Shown piece by piece: positions 59,009 through 64,000 of a stretch of DNA of 64,000 bases. The stretch's first letter is position 1, and each line of letters opens with the position of its first letter. Below the pieces are notes generated by a model. That model had not been told where the DNA came from. It searched no databases and saw only the letters and a list, made by a program, of their open reading frames with translations. This DNA is from an uncultured Lachnospiraceae bacterium. GTDB taxonomy: Bacteria; Bacillota; Clostridia; Lachnospirales; Lachnospiraceae. The stretch spans positions 82,258 to 146,257 of the forward strand of contig CAKREB010000008.1 in NCBI GenBank assembly GCA_934317005.1. Direction: 5' to 3'. The position numbers were made by a program, and so were the translations under genes.

Positions 59009-60325
59009 CTAATCTTTATAACAGATTGCTCCCACTGCATCTGCTAACAGCCACCCAATCGGTATCGACCACCATATGGCATATACCCCAAACGGTGTAT
59101 GTAGTGCCAGAAGATAGGACAGCAGCACTCTTGTTCCCAAGGAGATGATTGTAAGTATCAGCGACATTTCTGCCCGCTGGATGCCTCTGTAATAGCCATA
59201 GAAAAGGAATAAGATGCCAATCCCAACATAAAAACTTCCTTCTATCCTCAGATATCTCACACCTGCTAAAATAATGCCGGTTTCCTTTCCATTGACAAAT
59301 ATGTTCATAAACTGCTTTGCAAATATCCATACGATGATAGAAACAGCTATGCAAAAAACAGTTGAAACCATGCCTGCGATCTTTGTTCCTCTCTGAATCC
59401 GTTCTTTCTTTTTTGCGCCAAAGTTTTGCGAAACAAATAGAGAATATGCATTTCCAAACTCCTGCGCCGGCATATATGCCAGTGTGTCAATCTTAACGGC
59501 AACCGTAAACGCTGCCATGACTGTTGTTCCGAAACTGTTTACAAGTCCCTGTATCATCAAAATCCCAAAGTTCATCACCGATTGCTGTAACGCTGTGAAT
59601 ATATCATTTTTTATGATATATCCAGCCCTTGACCATGCCATCTTTTCCTTCGCCTTTAACAGTCCGCTGCTTGTGCTGACCACGTATAGTGCAATCCCAA
59701 GTCCTGCAAAAGCCTGTGAGATGACCGTTGCCGTGGCAGTTCCCGAAACTCCCCATCGAAATACGATGACAAAGCATAAGTCTAACAGAATATTTATGAC
59801 CGAAGAGATTGCAAGAAATATCAGTGGCACAACGGAGTTTCCAATCGATCGGAGCAGATAGGCAAAAAAATTATATAAAAACGTAAAGCCTATCCCGACA
59901 AAAATAATCTGCACATAGCTTTTTGTCATTTTATAAATCTCATCAGGTATCGCAAGCATACGCAGAATAAGATCAACTCCCGAAAAGACTATGACATACA
60001 TCACAAGTGTAACGAAACCGATAAACACAAAGGATATGCGGATATCCGCTCTAAGCTCGTCAAGCTCATCCGCACCGAAGGATTTGGAAAATAACGCTCC
60101 ACTTCCCATACAAAGACCGATGATAAGCGACGTCAGAAATGTCATCAGTGTATACGCAGCTCCTACCGCAGCCAAAGCCGAAGAGCTCACAAAACGCCCT
60201 ACGATAACAGTATCTGCTATGTTGTATATCTGTTGCAGAAAGTTTCCGATCATCATAGGAAGCGCAAATACGATCAGATTTTTAAAAATAGACCCCTCTG
60301 TTAGTTTTACGTCCCAAAGCTTCAT
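59009..60325 (-). CDS. MATE-family efflux transporter
   Basis: 438 aa, 12 TM, MATE-like N-terminus (FALPMMIGNFLQQIYNIADTVIVGRF). Confidence 0.8.
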   Translation of the reverse strand: MKLWDVKLTEGSIFKNLIVFALPMMIGNFLQQIYNIADTVIVGRFVSSSALAAVGAAYTLMTFLTSLIIGLCMGSGALFSKSFGADELDELRADIRISFVFIGFVTLVMYVIVFSGVDLILRMLAIPDEIYKMTKSYVQIIFVGIGFTFLYNFFAYLLRSIGNSVVPLIFLAISSVINILLDLCFVIVFRWGVSGTATATVISQAFAGLGIALYVVSTSSGLLKAKEKMAWSRAGYIIKNDIFTALQQSVMNFGILMIQGLVNSFGTTVMAAFTVAVKIDTLAYMPAQEFGNAYSLFVSQNFGAKKKERIQRGTKIAGMVSTVFCIAVSIIVWIFAKQFMNIFVNGKETGIILAGVRYLRIEGSFYVGIGILFLFYGYYRGIQRAEMSLILTIISLGTRVLLSYLLALHTPFGVYAIWWSIPIGWLLADAVGAICYKD

Positions 60326-60391
60326 AATCCATTATCCTCCAATCAGCAACGCTCTGAAAGTAAATATGCACCAAAACAATATACGATTGCT

Positions 60392-60875
60392 CTACTCTTT
60401 CGTATCATAATATTCCCCTCTTTTCCTCCGTTCATTTTTCTCATAGTAAGCAGCTTTATCCTGATACATCCGCTTATCAATACGGCTCATAAAATCATCC
60501 ATTGTTTCATCACTCAGATTAGAAACTCCGTATCCCATAGATGCCGATAATTGATATGGTTTGTCGTTTGTTTTGTTCTCATCCTCAAAGTTCTTTTTGG
60601 CACGCTCAATCAGGTTTTTAATAAGCTGCTCATCTGTCGTGTTTAACATTACAACAAACTCATCACCTGCATATCTTGTACCTGAACCGGAAAGAGCTTT
60701 AACGTGCCCACCTTTTTGCGGCATCCTGCGTACAAATACAGACTGTCCGCTATGTAAAAAACGGCATATCCCTATCGTGGCTTATTCTCTGCCTGTTGCT
60801 AAAATATAGCGTACCAATCAGCAATAAACTGATAATATTTGCTGTAAGTACAGAGAATGAAAGATTTGTATTCAT
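60392..60875 (-). pseudogene. Degraded diguanylate cyclase gene: N-terminal TM leader ORF (60750-60875), then the C-terminal half of a GGDEF domain (60392-60724) in another frame
   Basis: MNTNLSFSVLTANIISLLLIGTLYF...stop; then ...RYAGDEFVVML...LSASMGYG...ADKRMYQDKAAYY with no N-terminal GGDEF half. Confidence 0.5.
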
Positions 60876-60935
60876 GCTAAGTCCTCCTGATCAATTCTTT
60901 TAACCGCTGTGTTGCCCACTGTCTGTGTTTTTAAT

Positions 60936-61304
60936 TTATAACATTTCTTTTTCTTTATAGCATTCAAAAATGTAATTTGGATTTTCATAATAAAAGCTGC
61001 TATTGTAGTCATCGATTTTTGAACTGATAAAAGAATTGTATACTTCTATCAGTGCATCAATCATTTCGATTTTTTCATCCTTAGCAACCATTTTTATTAA
61101 ACGCCTGTATACCTTTCCTATATCCCAATGAGAAGGCACAGCATAACCACATTCCGCTATATTGTCGAAATCACCGGAAACAATATCAGCATCTTCGATA
61201 AAAGAATCACTTACCGTGTCAATGTTATCACAATGATATACATCTGCAAGGTCATAAATCTTACTGATTCTATCTTTTTGAGGTTCTCTTCCCTGACCAA
61301 CCAT
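60936..61304 (-). CDS. Hypothetical acidic small protein (122 aa)
   Basis: No TM, no known motif. Confidence 0.4.
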   Translation of the reverse strand: MVGQGREPQKDRISKIYDLADVYHCDNIDTVSDSFIEDADIVSGDFDNIAECGYAVPSHWDIGKVYRRLIKMVAKDEKIEMIDALIEVYNSFISSKIDDYNSSFYYENPNYIFECYKEKEML

Positions 61305-61416
61305 TAATGTACCTCCCTCCAGATATTTTATTTACTTTTTTCTGAATGCACTCGGCATTATCCATACAAATTTATTGCAGCTTTCATCTATGCAATAAAA
61401 ATATCTCGATTTATAT

Positions 61417-61845
61417 TTACACCAATTCCATCACAACATGCACAACCTGCTCTTCTAGAAATGCATCGGAAGTTACTTTAAAACCAAACTTTTCATAAAA
61501 TCCCACAGCATGCTTTTGGGCATCCATTGTTATTTTTTTATATTTCATCTTTGCTTCGATTGCTTTTAAGCTTTGAAGCATTAACTCTTTGCCAATTCCG
61601 TCGCCATGCTTTAATGTCAACACCCTGCCAATTTTGACAACATCCTTTTCCTGATAAAAGGCTCTCAGATAAGCAGTTACTTTTCCCTCGTCCATAAAAA
61701 AGCAGTGCAGACTACGGTAGTCAATATCATCCATATCCTGATACATAATATTTTGTTCCATAACAAATATTTCTGCTCTTGCTTTTAATATTTCATATAA
61801 TTCCGTGGTGTCTAACTCTTCGAAGCTTTTAGCAAATAACTCCAC
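61417..61845 (-). CDS. GNAT-family N-acetyltransferase
   Basis: 142 aa; acetyl-CoA-binding pattern KIGRVLTLKHGDGIGKELM. Confidence 0.75.
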   Translation of the reverse strand: MELFAKSFEELDTTELYEILKARAEIFVMEQNIMYQDMDDIDYRSLHCFFMDEGKVTAYLRAFYQEKDVVKIGRVLTLKHGDGIGKELMLQSLKAIEAKMKYKKITMDAQKHAVGFYEKFGFKVTSDAFLEEQVVHVVMELV

Positions 61846-62082
61846 TTCTTATCAATCCTTTCTGCTTTCATTACAGTCTTTCTGCCAATACAACATTTGC
61901 CGGTTTATTACTATCAGGCATACTTCCCTATCCCTGACCAACTGTCAGCATATCCATAGCATCAATACTGCTGATTGCATTTACTAAACTCATATAGTCT
62001 TCTTCCCCTCCTTGCACAGCATATATATTTATTTCGGCACAAGCACTTTTTTATTAGTTCACACAAATACAACTAACAAGAT

Positions 62083-62301
62083 CTACCATGCTGTTCTTCC
62101 GGTTTTAATAAGACTGTCGATGTCCATATAAGCATTTTCTATTGCTTCAACATGATAGATTTCGTACATATTAAAAACAAAATCCGTCAGTTCTTTTTCA
62201 TCTAATATTTTCAAAACATCTGATGCCGACATATTTTTCTCTCTAGCATAACTTTCTAATAAAAAAGTAAAAAAACGAAACTCCTTACTCAATCTCATCA
62301 C
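62083..62301 (-). CDS. DUF3791-like small protein
   Basis: 72 aa; FRFFTFLLESYAREKNMSASDVLKILDEK...HVEAIENAYMDIDSL pattern; 17-nt overlap with the upstream ORF. Confidence 0.5.
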   Translation of the reverse strand: MMRLSKEFRFFTFLLESYAREKNMSASDVLKILDEKELTDFVFNMYEIYHVEAIENAYMDIDSLIKTGRTAW

Positions 62302-62542
62302 CTCTCAGATATAATGAATTTCCAGGATCTCCTGTTGCTTCTTCATTTTCCCACATATCAAATACAGCAAGTGGACTAAAGTACCATAACTTCATTTCAT
62401 CATTTTCAAGCATCGCATGTGTTTTTGATGCAAGAAAAATTCTAAGACCATCCATCACAGATATTCCACGATTTTTTGATATTAACTCTGCAAGCTCGCT
62501 ATCATAATCTTGAAGAATAGATGGTTCTGTTCTTTTTATCAT
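62285..62542 (-). CDS. Small hypothetical protein (85 aa), middle gene of a translationally coupled trio
   Basis: ATGA overlap with the DUF3990 stop. Confidence 0.4.
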   Translation of the reverse strand: MIKRTEPSILQDYDSELAELISKNRGISVMDGLRIFLASKTHAMLENDEMKLWYFSPLAVFDMWENEEATGDPGNSLYLRGDEIE

Positions 62543-63048
62543 ATATTTTCACCACCTAAAAATTTTAAAATCGAAACTCCTTTTTCTGTTAAAAAAGCAT
62601 ATTGATCTGAAAGTTTTTGAGGTTTTAATAAAATCAACGCTGTTCTTTCATCAATCGCACCTGACATATAACTGTTTATCACAGGCATGGTGTTATCATT
62701 TGCCACAGGTCCTATTACAAGATCATATTTTTCGCCAACATATTTTCCTTTTCGATTATTTGTAACAAATTTCAACCATTCTCTATCTGCTTCTCTAAAT
62801 CTATATACTGATATTCCTTTTATTTTTTCTTCGTCAAAGTCGTATATAGAAACTATTGGTTTTCCACTTTTACGCCTGACAGCCTGTGTTTTTGCCCATC
62901 TAACAGCCTGATTTCTATTTGAAGTTGTATAAAAACCTGCACCAAAATCCAACATCCTATTAGTAACAAGTATTTTAGGCGTACTCACCTGAACATTGCT
63001 GCCATGATATAAAAGCATTCGTTTTCCTCTCTTTCTCAGCAAATTCAT
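62539..63048 (-). CDS. DUF3990-like protein
   Basis: LLYHGSNVQVSTPKI...FGAGFYTTSNRNQAVRWA pattern; 169 aa. Confidence 0.5.
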   Translation of the reverse strand: MNLLRKRGKRMLLYHGSNVQVSTPKILVTNRMLDFGAGFYTTSNRNQAVRWAKTQAVRRKSGKPIVSIYDFDEEKIKGISVYRFREADREWLKFVTNNRKGKYVGEKYDLVIGPVANDNTMPVINSYMSGAIDERTALILLKPQKLSDQYAFLTEKGVSILKFLGGENI

Positions 63049-63068
63049 TCTTCCTCTGCTATTAAAAT

Positions 63069-63836
63069 CTATCGTTTCTTATACAGAATCAATTCCGGAT
63101 TTTGACCATCCTTTTCATAGGTACTAATCAGAATAAAATCCATACTCGCAAGAATTCCAAAGCACCGCTCTCCACCAAACTCGGATGCAAGCTGATTTCC
63201 AAGATATGTTTTGTTATCATTAAGAAATTGCACTTTTTGACCATTTGGAAGTGTATACTCTAAATTCACTTGTTTGCCTACCAGTGCAATTAGTTTTTCC
63301 ACCTTCGGCAAGCCTTCTATATTCATTGCATTAATTTCATGGAGTAACTGTGCCTTGAACTCTTCAAATTGTCCGTCATCACTCAACTTGTCATACCTCT
63401 TCCAATAATCTAATTGTGGAAGCATGTCTGTCAGATAGGCTCGCGCCTGCTTTTCTGTAAAATTTTCATTGACCATATTTCGGACACAGACCTCAATTAA
63501 ATCATCCATTTTGCTGTATGTATATGTTCCATCTGCATAACACCATTTGCAATAATCCTCGTTTAATGCTCCATCTTTATCGTGCCCGATCAGCTCATCA
63601 TCCTCCAAAGGCATTCCGCAGCACTGGCATATAAGCTTTCGTGGCTGTCCCAAAAGCGTATTGATTGAAACATTAAATTCCTTCGATAACAGTTTTAAGG
63701 TTTCAGTATTGGGAACAGTTTCCCCATTTTCCCACCGGGATACTGCCTGTCTTGTAACCATAACTTTTTCTGCCAGTTCATCCTGTGACATTTTCTTTTT
63801 TTTGCGTAAATCATAAATAATGTTCTTTGTTTCCAT
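63069..63836 (-). CDS. XRE-family HTH regulator fused to a Cys4 zinc ribbon and a C-terminal domain of unknown function
   Basis: MSQDELAEKVMVTRQAVSRWENGETVP HTH; CQCCGMP...CKWCY ribbon; start at METKN with a GGGAGG RBS. Confidence 0.65.
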   Translation of the reverse strand: METKNIIYDLRKKKKMSQDELAEKVMVTRQAVSRWENGETVPNTETLKLLSKEFNVSINTLLGQPRKLICQCCGMPLEDDELIGHDKDGALNEDYCKWCYADGTYTYSKMDDLIEVCVRNMVNENFTEKQARAYLTDMLPQLDYWKRYDKLSDDGQFEEFKAQLLHEINAMNIEGLPKVEKLIALVGKQVNLEYTLPNGQKVQFLNDNKTYLGNQLASEFGGERCFGILASMDFILISTYEKDGQNPELILYKKR

Positions 63837-64000
63837 CGTCTTTACCTCCCTTTCCCATATCATACAATAAAATGCATCAGGAAAAAAGCAACTGTCTGTT
63901 TCATTTGGCACATCCAATCTCAGTTCAAAAGGAATACCATGTTCGCGGATAGCTGTTCTCAGAAATTGTTAGAAAAGGCATACAAACGCTGTGTTTCAAT

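Noticed and set aside
1-64000. rRNA, tRNA, IS elements, integrases
   Set aside because: No tRNA-like T-arm or acceptor signatures, no transposase or integrase ORFs, and no rRNA-like conserved stretches were seen on either strand.

Overview
The window reads as a 64-kb chromosomal segment of a low-GC Firmicutes genome, likely a Lachnospiraceae-like Clostridium (inferred from K-rich fn3 tails, an Amy13K-like giant amylase and BspA-type LRR remnants). Almost all genes are on the minus strand.

The 5' half (1-24 kb) is housekeeping:
- a purM-purN-purD operon fragment;
- comEA and comEC separated by a two-component system (TCS) and a GerMN lipoprotein;
- divergent argB-argD / argG with candidate ARG boxes;
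- maf, histidine phosphatases, an LtaS-family enzyme, a NatAB-like ABC-2 exporter with a CPBP protease, and mtnA.

The middle (24-43 kb) holds:
- a 1510-aa multidomain GH13 amylase and a GH5 glycanase;
- a YdjI/YdjG/YdjH-like membrane-stress triad (SPFH protein, zinc-ribbon protein, TPM-domain protein) with no adjacent pspA;
- a complete BceRS/BceAB-type peptide-antibiotic sensing module.

The 3' part (43-64 kb) looks accessory and decaying, with five gene remnants: a LysR C-terminal fragment, a DAK2-domain stub, a SulP transporter with a 2-bp frameshift, a frameshifted BspA-LRR protein and a half GGDEF domain. It also holds:
- a Lar-family anti-restriction zinc ribbon;
- a T-box riboswitch with a tentative Ala (GCG) specifier in front of a BASS-family transporter;
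- a MacB-type ABC / TetR / Zn-ADH operon interrupted by a 108-bp array of 13-14-bp ATTCCAG repeats;
- a translationally coupled DUF3990 / small ORF / DUF3791 module under an XRE zinc-ribbon regulator.

No rRNA, tRNA, CRISPR array or intact IS element was seen. Non-ORF coordinates are approximate (+/- a few bp).
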